Origin: Takakia lepidozioides
Taxonomy: Eukaryota; Plantae; Bryophyta
DNA: 64,000 nt
Direction of reading: 5' to 3'
Assembly: GCA_030704615.1 (NCBI GenBank)
Contig: CM060733.1
Span: 41,292,001-41,356,000 of the forward strand
The position numbers and the translations under genes were made by a program. This document shows, piece after piece, positions 49,615 to 62,280 of this stretch (within the stretch, counting starts at the first letter, position 1; every line of letters begins with the position of its first letter). The notes beneath the pieces are model-generated. The model saw only the letters and a program-made list of their open reading frames with translations. It did no database searches and was not told the origin of the DNA.

Positions 49615-52600
49615 CCGACTTTCATCATGTGTAGATGGACGTAGGAAGACATTTTGTACATTGAGGTGGCTTCCTCCACCGTGTATATATATACATAGGC
49701 ATTGATGTGTATTTGGATGCAATTTTTCATGCTATATTCAAGGGAGTTTGGGTGGACGTTATATCTGAATTTGGGTATTTTGAATTATATAGTGTCTCCT
49801 TCATGTGGTGAAGCAATGTATGTATTCCCCTCGTGTGTAAAATGTGTACTTTGGGTTTTATCTTGTATGATAATGAACAATGCCATGTATGGAAACTGAT
49901 AATGACATGGTTGTTTTTGGCATCTAAGGATGTCGGCCACAACCCCACGATGTTAATTCATGAAGTTCATGATCTTGACATGAACCGGGATTTTGTTCCT
50001 TCGGAGGGGGGTGCGTATCAAAGGGACCCGACCCCGTCTGAAATGGCGGTCTCCGATGATGAGGACAACAATGACAATGGAATTATGCATGAGGATGTGG
50101 CAGCAATGGAGGACCTCTTAATGCATCAGATGGTAGATGAGGACACAAACTCTTTGAATGACATGGAAAAAGAAGCCAAAACTCCCTTATACGAAGGGGC
50201 CAAAGTGAGTAGACTTTCAACCATCTTGTTGTTGCTGAATTTGCAAATCCGGTTTGGCATAAGCAATGTAGGTATGTCTGCCATAATGCGGACTATTGCG
50301 GACTACATCCTTGCCCCATATTTGAAGCCGAGAATGCCACGATCAAGTAAAGAGGCAAGAGCAGCCTCGGATGTTGTGGGGATGGCTATAAGATTTTTCA
50401 TGCATGTCCATGTGATAAAACCCTGTACTACAGAGAGGATGCAAAACTCACCAAGTGTCCAACGTGCAACAAAGACCGATATCGGGATGATGTTCAAGGG
50501 AAGAAAGCCCCGCGCAAGGTATACCCGCGCCACAATACACTTGTATATTGCATTCTACCTTTTTGCAACCGCTACAAGACGTAAGGTTTTACTTAGAGAT
50601 ATGAATGACATTGATTATGATATGGGGCCGACATGGGGATGGTGCCAGAAAATGCACTACTTTCCAATCATCCCGCGACTGCAGGCACACTACCGAAGCC
50701 GCTCATTGGCAGAACTGATGAGATGGCACGCCTCGCATCGGAGCCCCCCGGGAAAGGTGTGCGGGCCACAAGATTCACAAGCATAGAGGCATACTGAAGA
50801 GATGTGGCATTTTCTCTTGGTGGACCCACGACATGTCCGCCTTGGCTTCTCCTCGGATGGGGTCAACCCATTCTCTGTCCAATCATGTAGTCATTCCACT
50901 TGGCCGGTGACCATGGTGAATTACAACATCCCTCCGTATCTTTCAATAAAAAAAAATGCCATATCATGTTGGCTGCCATTGTACCGAGTGAGTGTTCCCA
51001 TTTCATGCTTATTATTACTTTGGATTTTACATTAATCTTCTTCTCTTTGGCACAATTCCGATGGAAGATTGATGAATGACTAATCATTTAGTAAGATGTG
51101 TCATTCATTATGAAGTATAATTAGCATGGTGGAGCATTGAAACAAATAATGGTATGAATGTCTCATAGGGAAAAAACAAGTGAAAGACAGGGACACGTAC
51201 TTGCGACCTCTAGTTGATGAACTGAAGGAGTTATAGAGGGGGGTCCCGGCATTGGATGCTTCACTTGACTCTATGGCCGGACAATCTTTTCAGATGAGAG
51301 GCATCTTGCTTTGGACAATGCATGATTATCCAGGTATATTATGTTCCCCATGAGAAACCCGCATACATTTACCTGTCAAGGGATATTGATGAGGATTGGG
51401 ATTGATTGAAGTAGCGGCGACAGTCTTCTGCACCGTAGTGGGGGGTAGATGCACATGGAAACTTTTTGTCTTTCCTAATGTGGCGGAATGTCTACAGGAC
51501 TTACTGTTTGCTCGGGGTTGAGCACTAAAGAGTACCACGCATGCCTGCATTGTGGCGATGAACTTGATGCACAAAACTCCAACAATCTTCGCAAGATGGT
51601 GTATCCCAACTACCGCAAGTTTCTTCCTATGAGCCATCATTGGAGAAAGAAGAGACAAACACTTGTTTGATGGCAAGTGGAGTTACGTCCCCCACTGTGA
51701 CACCATCGGGCACTTTTGGGAAGACCAATGGAAGGAGACCCATCCGGAGGGGTCCGGTGAGGTGGAGGCGCCCGGCATGAAGCGGCTTTCAATCTTCTAC
51801 GAGTTGTCATATTGGGCGGTACATATTCCACAAAAATACCATCAATATTGCTATGCATGCATGTGAAATTGCATGTTTTGTATGATTTCCATTGTCACTT
51901 TCACGACAAAATAGACGTGTAAGAATTTGTGGGTGGGGATATGTGTAGGACCTGAAGATTCGTCATCTTCTAGATCCCATGCATATTGAGAAGAATGTTT
52001 GCTCGTCCCTTTTTCGTGTTCTTCATGGCACGCCGGCAAAGAAGGGAGCGGCTGCGAAAGGAGATTCTCTCGGTGTTAGAAAGGAACTTGAGGAGCAGGG
52101 TCGCAAGCCCCATCTATGGGCCGAAGAAAATGGTGTGGACCCAAAGGGTGTTGTACGGTGGAAGTATAGGCATGCACCTTGGCAATGGACAAAGGAGGAA
52201 TACAAGAAAGTGATAGCCACCATAGGAGCTGTCCGAACACCAAATGGTTATGGGTCATCCCTCCATATGAAGTTCAACGAAGACGGGGTCCATGGTTTGA
52301 AGTCTCATGACTACCACAATCTATTGCAAGACATCTCGCCCATTGCAGTACGTGGGACATTGACTCCCGAGGTTCGCGAGACAGTATAGATTGGGAGCAT
52401 TGTTTCGGTGGATTTGCTCCAAAGAGCTGGAGGAAGCGGACTTTCCACGCATGAAGAAGGAGGCGGCGGTGGCCATGTGTATGTTGGAGATGCACCTTCC
52501 TCCCTCCTTCTTTGACATCCAAGTGCACTTGGTAGTGCACTTAGTGGAAGAGGCTTCGATTGCCGGCCCGTTCATTCTCGGTGGGATGTACTACCTTGAG

Positions 52601-54399
52601 CGATACATGAAGACTTTGAAAGCACATGTAAGACAAATGGCACAAACGGAGGGTAGCATGGTGGAGGGGTATACATTGCAAGAGGCTATGTTCTACTGCA
52701 TGGAGTACTTGGCAAGGGTGGATAAGGAAGCCCTCCGATGTGGAAGGAAGATGAGGATGCACGAACCAAGGACATCGTTTTGCCCAAAAATTCAAAGAGG
52801 ATTAAATTACCCATCATGGTCATTAACCAAGCGCATGAGTTCATACTGAAGAACACCCCATTCATACATGAGTGGGAGGCAAGATACAATAACCTTGTTC
52901 AGCAATGACAGGAGGAGACGATTGCCTGGAGGCGGAACCATGCAAGGGCGACTACACGCGTTCCACGAGCAAGAGGCGGCCGTGTAGGAATGTGCCTTCA
53001 CAAGAATTGCCCATGAAATTGCAGCCTCTAAGTTCATTCCGCCATTGGCTTCGGACTCAAGTAGAGGATAGCATTGCGAAAGGTGAGGTGGTTTCAAATT
53101 TGGTGCAAGACATTGCAAGGGGCCCCTCTCAATTTGCGACCTCATACACGGCGGTTTGGGTTCATGGTCGTCATTTCCGCATTCGTGCTCTTGACATGAA
53201 GCGCAAAACACGTTTGATTCTGGCTTGTGTGCCTCATATTGGCAAGACTCCGTGTGGGGCAGGGGAGATACACGACCTACCATGAGCACACTCAACTTCT
53301 TTGGAGAGCTTGAGAGCATACTCCAACTTCAGTATACAAGGCACCAGCCTCTTATCTTCAAGGCAAGGTGGTTCCAGCCACATCTTGTGGGGCCATCCGC
53401 AACAACAGTGGAAGACGAGTGTGGTTTCATGCGCGTCAATACAGATAGGCTCGAGTCTACTCATCGTCCCTCCGATGAGTCTTTTTCATGGCCTTCAGAC
53501 ATGGAGCAAGTTTTCTTTTCCGGATCAAGAAATTGGAAGGTGGTTGTGCATGCTCAGCCAAGAGGAAGACGTATCTATCATGGTCAGGATCTACATGGGG
53601 GGCGAGGCAAATGCGGAGGAGGAAGAGACTGGTCATGATGACGCTGATGTTGGCCGAGGTTGGATAGAGGGGGTACAAGATAATGATGACGCCCCGGACA
53701 ATGCATCCCGGACCCTATACGATGAGGTTCCATCAGATGCAGATGTTGGAGAAGAAGATGACGACATGGTCATTGAAACCGAGGTGGAAGATGATTCAGA
53801 TGTGCCTTTTGGTGACCATGCCATTCACTACAACAGATTGCGGCTTCTACGACTCTGTGTTATGACTGCAAATGCAGTTATGAAAGCCATTTACGACTTC
53901 ATGACTCTGCAGTCGTAAAACCCTAGTCAGTTGTGGCATGGCAGATATGACTCGCCAGCCTGGCTGTGACGTGGCGCCTGAGCAGCTGGGGGTAGTCATA
54001 CACGCTTTACTGAATGACTGAACGGGTCCATGTCAGCCGTTGTGTAAGAGAGAGACGTGCTCTCTACAGAACACGCCACGTGTCAGACTGCGACGCCATC
54101 CCGACTGCAGAGGAGGGAATCAGACGTCAACATGTGTCGCATCGTGATTTTGACACGTGGTTCCTCATGTCAATTGACACGCGTCGCTGTGGGGGGGGGG
54201 GGGGGGGGGGGGTTGGGGATTTAATTTATTGTTATTATATACTTTATAATAATATTATTATTATTATTATTACTTTTGACCAACATGGGACAGTGGCACA
54301 TTATTAAATAACGAATTTTTGAAATTATATTCTTAGATAAAATATTTATTCGCTCAGATACCAAAACACACCCTTACGGGGAAGGAGAGTTTGCCTTAG

Positions 54400-55500
54400 T
54401 GCCTATGCTGAATTGCGTCTGCTACTCTCTGTAATCTAACAGGCATTCATTTTTTTGCCTCTGTTGTCCCACCATTGACTGGGGTCAGAAAAGTTCATTC
54501 CACAGCTTCTCCTCATCTTTGTTACCTGTTTATGGATACTTTTTTATTGTCACTTTGGCAGTATCATGTGAAAGTCACTCCAAACTATCTACCATCTACC
54601 CATGCAGGTTTCTTGTAGCTATCCTTCCACAGGGAATCATCGGTAATCTGGAGCTTGAAATCCGGCTTTCTTGGATGATCTGGACCCACACTCTATCCCT
54701 GCTCCTTCAGCTATCCATGCCTCTGCACAGATCATGCATATATCCTTGCATTGCTGTTAGCAGCTGACAATGACAGCCTACATTTGTTCCAGCAAACACC
54801 CAACTCAACTTACCACACTAGTTCTTATTCTCAATTGCATCTGTTACTCTGTAATCCAACAGGCATTTACCTTTTGCCTCGGTTGTCCCACCATTGACTG
54901 GGGTCAGAAAAGTATTCATTCCACAGCTTCCCCTCATCTCCGTTAACTGTTTTTCGATACTTTCCTGTTGTCACATTGGCAATATCATATCAAAGTCACT
55001 CCAAACTAGATTCACTCAACCAGCTAACTTGCAGACATTGAAATTTAGGGCCGGTTCTGATAAGAGGGAAAAACACGGTGAAATGTGTTGAAGAAGGTGC
55101 ATTTATTAGCAGTGCCTGATTTTATCAATTGTGTCGTTACTCCTGCGGCTTCCAGTTCACCATCTACCCATGCAGGTTTCTTATAGCTAAATCCACAGGT
55201 AATCATAGGTAATCATGTGCTTGAAATGGCCCTCTTGGATGAATCTGGACCCATACTCTATCCTGCTCTTTCAGCTATCACTGCTTCTGCACAAATCATG
55301 CATACTTCCTTGTCTTGCAGCTGATAATGACAGCCTAGATTTGTTCTAGGAAACACCCAACTCAGCTTATCACACTAGTTCCTATGCTGAATTGCGTCTG
55401 CCCTCTATAATCTAACAGGCATTAACCTTTTTCCCTCGGTTGTCCCACCATTCCACAACTTCTACTCGTCTCTGTGACCTGTTTCTGGATACTTTCCTGT
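54400..55500 (-). pseudogene. Repeated OSB/PTAC9-type PDF-motif fragments captured in element C (a further copy at ~56590-56940)
   Basis: KLWNEYFSDPSQWWDNRGK (54872-54929) and PRKPDFKLQITDDSLWKDSYKKPAWVD (~54595-54675), in several degenerate copies. Confidence 0.75.
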
Positions 55501-56550
55501 TGTCACATTGGCATCATGTCAAAGTTCAGATCAACATCTAGTACAATTCCAGCTTGGACGATGTTACCACGAACGTCTTTGCTATTTTGCACGGCTGCCA
55601 GGCTTGCACACATGTTGCAAATGTAACAAACGTGACGTGGTTGCGCTGCAGTATCCCTTCCCACACCACTTGCTCATAGACCTCTCCAAAGGGCCTCCAT
55701 CCCACGCCGCTGTTGTGCATATCCTGGGATCATCATCCTCCATGCACCCCAATTTGGCATACAACTCCACAAGGGCATAGTTCAGAACAACATTTGTTTA
55801 ATTCCAGCTTGGACGATGTCATCACAAACCCCGTCTTCACTCATTGCCTACTCTAGTTAAGTGCAATTATGGGCTAGGCTGGTACCACATCTCATTCAAC
55901 CATATTATCAAAACAGCCATGTATCCTTGTAGTTGCACCCTGCAACCTTGGCATACATGTCCACTACGACAACGTTCAGAATCACATCAGATACAATACC
56001 AGCTTTGACAATATCACCGTGGACCTCTGTACCCTTTTTCAGGGCTGCCAGGCATGCATTTGACATACATCCACCAAGGCAGTGTTTAGAGTGACATCTA
56101 GTGGTACAGTTCCAGATTTGATAATGGACCTTTGCGTCCTTTCCAGGGCTACCAGGCTCGCATTTGACATACATGTACACCAGGGGAATGTTCAGAATGA
56201 CATCAGGTACAATTCCAGCTTTGATGATGTCACCATGAACCTCTTGGCCCCTTCCCAGGGCTGCTAGGCTCGCATATGCATATTAACAAACACAAATGAA
56301 CATGACCTGGTTTTGGCTTCATCCTTTCCTACATCATTTGTTCTTAGGTTCCAAAGCCTTACTCCCACACCTATGCTACACACACCTTACAATCATGGCA
56401 GTCCACAACACCACATCTCATTTAGCCATGTTGTCGAACTCTCCCTTTGCATCAGGCTTGCTGCACCCACATTTGGCATACATGTCCACTAGGGCAGTGG
56501 TCAGAATGACAACTAGTACAATTTCAGCTTTGACGATGGCACATGGCCAA
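55500..56550 (-). pseudogene. PPR fragments captured in element C
   Basis: LYAKLGCMED..VTFVTF..; ACLAALKKGTEVHGDIVKAGIVSDVILNVVVVDMYAK; ALVDMYAKCG; many stops. Confidence 0.8.
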
Positions 56551-59500
56551 GAGATATCCCAATATCCCGCTACCAATGGGTTCAATGCATACTCTTGTCA
56601 CCTTGGCAGTATCATGTCAAAGTCACTCCAACTAGATTCACTCAACCAGCTAACTTGCAAAATTGAACATGAAAATTTAGGGCCGATTCTGATAAGAGGG
56701 GAAAATAGGGTGAAATGTGTTTCAGAAGGTGCCTTCATTAGTAGTGCTTGATTTTATCAATTGTGACGCTGCTGCGGCGGCTTCCAATTGACCATCTACC
56801 CATGCAGGTTTCTTGTATCTATCCTTCCACAGGGAATCATAGATAATCTGGAGCTTGAAATCTGGCCCTCTTCCACACTCTATCCCTGCTCCTTCAGCTA
56901 TCTATGCCTCTGCACAAAATCATGCATACAACAATCATTCCAGCAAACACCCCCAACCCTACTTATCAATGAGCAACGAGCTAACTTACATAATTCAATA
57001 TGCATCTCAAGGCTGAGTCTGATGAGAGGGCAAAACAGGCTGAAATAGGTCGAAGAAGAACCCATAGAGGATTTGACCGACCATCAACCCAAAAGGACCT
57101 CTTGTGTGTGCTGCTTGTGTCTTGTAGTCAGGTATGTCGGATTGGTCTATGAGAACCAGCAAGGTGCAGATGAGCAGGCAGAGATTGAAACACGGCCTGC
57201 TAAGACCAAGCCGACTCTCCCAAGAACCTTGAAACATCAGGAAGAATACCAAATCATGGTACTAACAGGAGCCAACAGCCCACATTTGCAGGATGGACAA
57301 ACTTCTTCACATTGTACATTAAGGAAAAGCCACACCTTCCCATTGCGGTTGTCGCACCATCGTGAAGGATCTTTAAAAATCTCATGCCAACTCTACTCCG
57401 TGCTACAAATGAAGGGCCGAGTCTGATGAGAGGGCAATAGGTTGAAATAGGTCGAAGAAGAAGGTTGCCCTCACCACATTGTCCTCGACCTTGTGTCATG
57501 ACCCATGGAGGATTTGACTGACCATGAACCCAAGATGACCTCTTCAGTGTGCTGCTTGTTTTTGTAGTCAGCTAATGTTGGATTGGTCTGTGAGAACCAC
57601 ACGGTGCAGCTGAGCGGGTGTAGAGATTGAAACATGGCCTAGCTAAGACCAAGCTGACTCTCCCAAGAACGACGAGCTCCCAGCCAAAACCTCCTCGCAC
57701 ACATACCCTAGCGTTTCTAGGGTTGCTTGCTTCAGATGCAAAGGTTGCTCCAACTGCGGCCTCCCATGCATGTTTGCCTTCCCTCCCGCTCGCTCTAAGT
57801 CCCAGCCTCTCTCTCTATCTCCTCCCTCCCGCTCACTCTAATTCTATTCACGGCTACCGTGATGGGCAACTTTTTAAGTTTTTTAACCTTCTTGCAAACC
57901 CTATAAGCTTTTTTGATTTTTTTTTTAATTTTTTTTAAAGGAAGCCTCATGCCCTTGAGGAGGGGGAAAAATTAACCCCCTTTCATTTGGGCCATGAGAC
58001 CTACAGGACGATCAACGCCCCCAAACATATCGTCACGACAATCCCACACACGGGGTAGGGCAACGGGTTTGAACCCCGAACCACCGGGGACACACTGTGC
58101 ACCTCCAGCCAATGTGTTTTTTCAAATCTTTTGCACTTTGATTTTTTTTAAAAAAAATCATTCTAGTGGTTAGAGTCTCGACATTTTTTCAAAATATAAA
58201 TATTGATATATATATATAACCAGAAAAGCATGTGTCGACACGTGCAGTCATGTAGTGATTCATCCATGTGATGATCTGGCAGAATGCATTAGAGTGAGAG
58301 TCATAAAGTCATATGTCCGTCTAGCAATTTGTACACGTCATTCCAGTGTAGGTATGACCGTGACTGGTAGTCATATCTGCCATGCCAATATTCGTGGTCA
58401 AACATGTTTGACCTGTGTTGCGCAGAGTCCGGAGTCGTGCAATCGCATATACGCCTTCCCCGGACCTGCGTTATGACTTCAGAAGACATGTACGACTTCA
58501 AATGGCATTTCTGCCACAAATCTGTCATGACTGCGCAGCCATGGGATTCATAAAAGCCGCAATCTGTTGTAGTGATTTATGACAATGACTCTGATGAGCA
58601 AGAAGACTTGCAGCTTGATGAGGACAAGAAGCTCCGGATGATGATGTTCAAGTCGATTAGACACGTAATCAAAGCTACATAATAATTCTCCGCACATAAC
58701 TGTACCCATCCCTTCGATTGATTGTACATGTAATGCATGTAGCTATTTCTATGATTGATTTATGAAAAATCCATGAAAACAATCCTTTGTAGGTGTGCGA
58801 TCTAGGAATGATTTGTAGTGCCAGTTGTGACTCGAAAGTGACTCTGGATTGTTGAGTTTTTTGTACGAGGGCAAGAAGGTTGGAAGACATGGTTTCTTGT
58901 TCTACAAGTGCTGACCAAGACTTACCCCTGAAACCCTTCAAGCGATTGGATTACCATGATCTCAATGCAACAGAAAGAATCTTCGAATTGGTGTGAAAGA
59001 TACACATGTTGCCAAAGCCATGCCAAAGCAATCTACCCTCACCCCTTAATCCCATTGCCCTTCCCTTTCCTTTCCTAGTGTCCCCCCCCACCCTCTTCTT
59101 GCCCTTGGTCTTTAACAATAAGGCCGCCCGAGTTGATCCACGTCTCCTCCCCACATGCAAGATAGACCTATTATATGTAGCACAGAAGGAGGACTAAAAA
59201 GATTTGCAACATTGGATCCATTCAGCTTGGCCTCTGCCATGGACCTTTGCAAAGACATAGAAGGCAATTTTTTTTGCGATTCCTCCTCCCCCGCCTCGCA
59301 GATCTGTTGGGGGCATCGCAATACCGTCCAAGGCGACCCATAGAGGTCGCAACCCCCTCATTTACAGATCTATGATTGCGGTTTTTCCTTTTCCTACGCA
59401 ATGATTTTTTGTTTTCAGCTCTATTTTGTTCTGTGAATGCAAACCCCAAACCAACTACATCCATGAAAAAAATTGGACAAACAAAAATAAAATAAAAACA

Positions 59501-60222
59501 AAGAGTTCATTAATTCACTATTGCGGAACTCTCTATGCATGGAGAGTGCATGAAGTTGAAAAGAACTCAACTTCGGAATGCAAATGAGGGAAGAATAATG
59601 GGTTTTCAGTCCAAATGAATTTTTGTTCACTCCCAAATTTGCACACGCATTGCAAACGCTGTCATTAAGCATATGGTCCCAATAGTTTGCAACGGATTAG
59701 TGGTGCAATGGTTGAATTCACAGAACAAAACAAGCCAAAAAAAAAAAATTTATTATGTAACAGCAATCCCCCATCCTAGACCTCCCCAGGCAAGAGAGCA
59801 TTGTGCCATGCCCCAGCAGGCTGGATTGCGGGGAATTGCAACGTCACCATTGTGGCATTGCAGCGACGTTGGGACGTCGCAAACCCCACCACCCCACGCT
59901 AGCTTGCTCGGCCCTCCCCACGCGCCTAAGTTGTGAGGGGGTGTGGTTGCGATTCTCGGGCATCGCAGCCTTGTGGGAGCGTCGCAGATGGCACGTGCGA
60001 CGCCCGGGCATCGCACCCCCAGCTTGCTGGCGGGTCATGCCCCAACTGCCAAAAGCGACGTACACCGCAAGCTGGCGAAGCGTCACCGGAGCGGCGATGC
60101 GGCGACGCGCAAACGTCGCTAATTCTGGGCCGTGCCGCCTACAGGGCTGGAGTCGCAGGAGGGTCGGCATGTCTGGCGGCGCTCGAGGTCCCGACGTCGC
60201 TACCCCCCCCTCATGGGGATTG

Positions 60223-62280
60223 CCAACCATGCTCCTTGCGTAGTTGTACTCTACCGGAGATGGCTTCCTCTCAAACGCGCCTTGCTACACATGCCACAAA
60301 TCAAGTCATTCTCGCGATGACGGAGTCGAAAGAAGACATAACAAAATCCATAGGAAAGTACGACTTACAAATCGCAAGATAAAACCTTTGGATCTGCCGG
60401 TGCCCCACTTGTTGTGGATTCGTGCTTGTCAAGCGGACTGTTTGTTGCTTATCGCGTGCCCAGTCACATTTGGCCATTGTTGGCGGCAATCAGTTCTCTC
60501 CCCGCATAGTGCAATCCCACGATACCTATGCCACCCCCCCCCCCCCAACAATTAGTGAATTACAGACACATACGTTGCATCGAATCCACCTCATTAATGC
60601 ACATGCGACAAATGAAGGTGACATGATTCAGGATTTGCCAACCTGTGTAATTTCATAAGGTGGTTTGGGTATGGCCCCCTTTTCCATTGCCCTCCGAATG
60701 ATCTGTCTGGCAACGGTACCAGTCCTGTCTTCAACAGTTTCGCCCCACCATCTCCATCACCCTTATGTCACTCCATTGCCCTGACTGCGGTCTAACTCAC
60801 GGGCATACGCCCGCTTTGCGCCAAAGTGCTGATCATCCACGCGCTGATGTGCAAAGGAACCACCCCTCAATGCAGTTCGAAGGCCTGGCTTCTTCAATAG
60901 CCCCAGAACGCACCGCAGGGGTCACCATGGCGATTCACCCTCCACCGGTGCACCACGATCTTTGCCAACTCCACGTCATGTATCGCCAAGGGCATGTTCT
61001 TCTTCCCACCCTCTCCCTTCTGTAGCCTCCTTCCCCTGCTCCTTTGTTACCCCCACTGCCCTCCCCCGCATGCCACTCACCCCTTCCTCTCCATGGATTT
61101 CTTCTTCTTCTTCTTCTTCTTCTTCTCTTTTCCCTTCCCCTTCTCCACACCTCTTCTCTTCCCCTTCCCTGCTACTTCCTCCTCTCTCCCTTCTCCCTCT
61201 CCTTCTCTCTCTCTACTCTCCTCGGCAGTCCCTTCATTGATGGTAAAAGGGATCTCGGGAGGTTCGAGGCCTCTTCTTCTTACCTTTGGTGTTCGGGTCC
61301 TTCATGACACCACATGCCTCCCCTCCCCATTGGCAACCCCACTGACTGCACCAATAAGGCCAACCATGTTTGCTGCCTCCTGAAGACAAATACCCCTCCA
61401 AATTCAAAAAAGAAACAAACAACAAGAAAATCATGCATGCAAGGAAAGGATAAACATGGAACAAGGTGCGACAGTTTGTACCTTTGCAAGCTTGTCCGAC
61501 TCGCCCCCGGGGTCACCTGAAGTGGCAGGAGTCCCCATTGCTGGATGTTGCCCGCTCTCCCTCCCGAGCGCCACTGGAAGTAAATTCCAGATGTGGAGCA
61601 TAGCCGGCGGCGGCGCCCCGTAGTCCAGGCCCTTCTTTGCTGACCGCTCAGGCTCAGGGGGCGGCATCGCTGATCGGCTAGGCTGCTCCGAAAAACCGCC
61701 CATACCTCCTCCTCTCCCCCCCCCCAAATGCGTATCAGGGTAGAAGCCCTCACCCCCGGCTTTGACTTCTTCGAGGCGCTTCGCTATCTTTGGCCACTTC
61801 AGTTGGCCCTCCTCGTCTCTCTCCCTCCTCACTCATCGACAACAATGGGCTGGAAATGGAGGCTTTCAAAGGCCCTTGAACCTGACGTTGGGCATTGGCA
61901 AGTGCAGCCTTTGCTCCAGAGGAAGGGGGTCGCTATGGGGGTGACATCCAAAAGTTGCCCATAGTACCGGCCCCCGAACGGGTGATGTGCTTGCCAAGGT
62001 ATTTTTTCACCCGTCTTGGTGGCCGGGGTGTGCTCAACTGAGCATCCGGCTCAGCAACACCTCCCGAATAGGAGAGCTGTCTAAGCCGGCCCCTGGCGCA
62101 TCCAAGATGTGGACAAGAGGGGGGGTACTGGCCTCGGGGGGCAGACGATCCCTCCGGCTGCGGCTGTCGACGGGGCTGGTTAACCGTGAGACCCCTGGCG
62201 CGTCACACGTGCCGGCAGAGCAAACGGATTGTCCGCCCCTTTCTTTGGGCAGGGGCTTCTTCTCTTTCCCCACAAGCTAG
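60223..62280 (-). pseudogene. TnpA-like gene of CACTA-A (3' end at ~38620-38818)
   Basis: GKEKKPLPKE start; RQIIRRAMEKG..PYEITQ versus RQTICKALKVG..PHGITK in B; HNKWG versus THKWG. Confidence 0.6.

Larger units (their letters stand above)
53826..58574. mobile_element. Non-autonomous Pack-CACTA element C (4749 bp)
   Basis: TIRs CACTACAACAGATTGCGGCTT / AAGCCGCAATCTGTTGTAGTG, 3-bp TSD ATT (53823-53825, 58575-58577), ATGACT/AGTCAT subterminal repeats, no transposase. Confidence 0.97.
49930..58660 (+). pseudogene. CACTA/En-Spm TnpD transposase (Transposase_21, DUF4218, DUF4216 regions), spliced, frameshifted, split by element C
   Basis: TPLYEGAKVSRLS, YFPIIPRLQ..MRWH, RHVRLGFSSDGVNPF..STWPV..YNIPP, MHIEKNV, GLKSHDYH, LEMHLPPSFFDIQVHLVVHL, MYYLERYM; the acidic tail DHAI|YDNDSDEQED resumes at 58578. 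Confidence 0.95.
38819..60219. mobile_element. CACTA element B (~21.4 kb including nested C)
   Basis: Left terminus CACTACTACATTTGGGGGGGGGTTAGCGA after ttg; subterminal GCGAC repeats 38819-39450 and 59780-60215; right end ggcggcgctcgaggtc..tcgctacccccccc mirrors the left end and is followed by ttg (60220-60222), but the terminal GTAGTG is lost. Confidence 0.8.

Noticed and set aside
57017-57452. Two CTGATGAG...GAAA strings resembling hammerhead ribozyme cores
   Set aside because: Stem II cannot pair and no stems I/III are evident; they are part of an internal duplication in element C.
58060-58112. Possible tRNA-derived SINE head (minus, GGGTTCAAACCC)
   Set aside because: Too short and degenerate; no tail or TSD.
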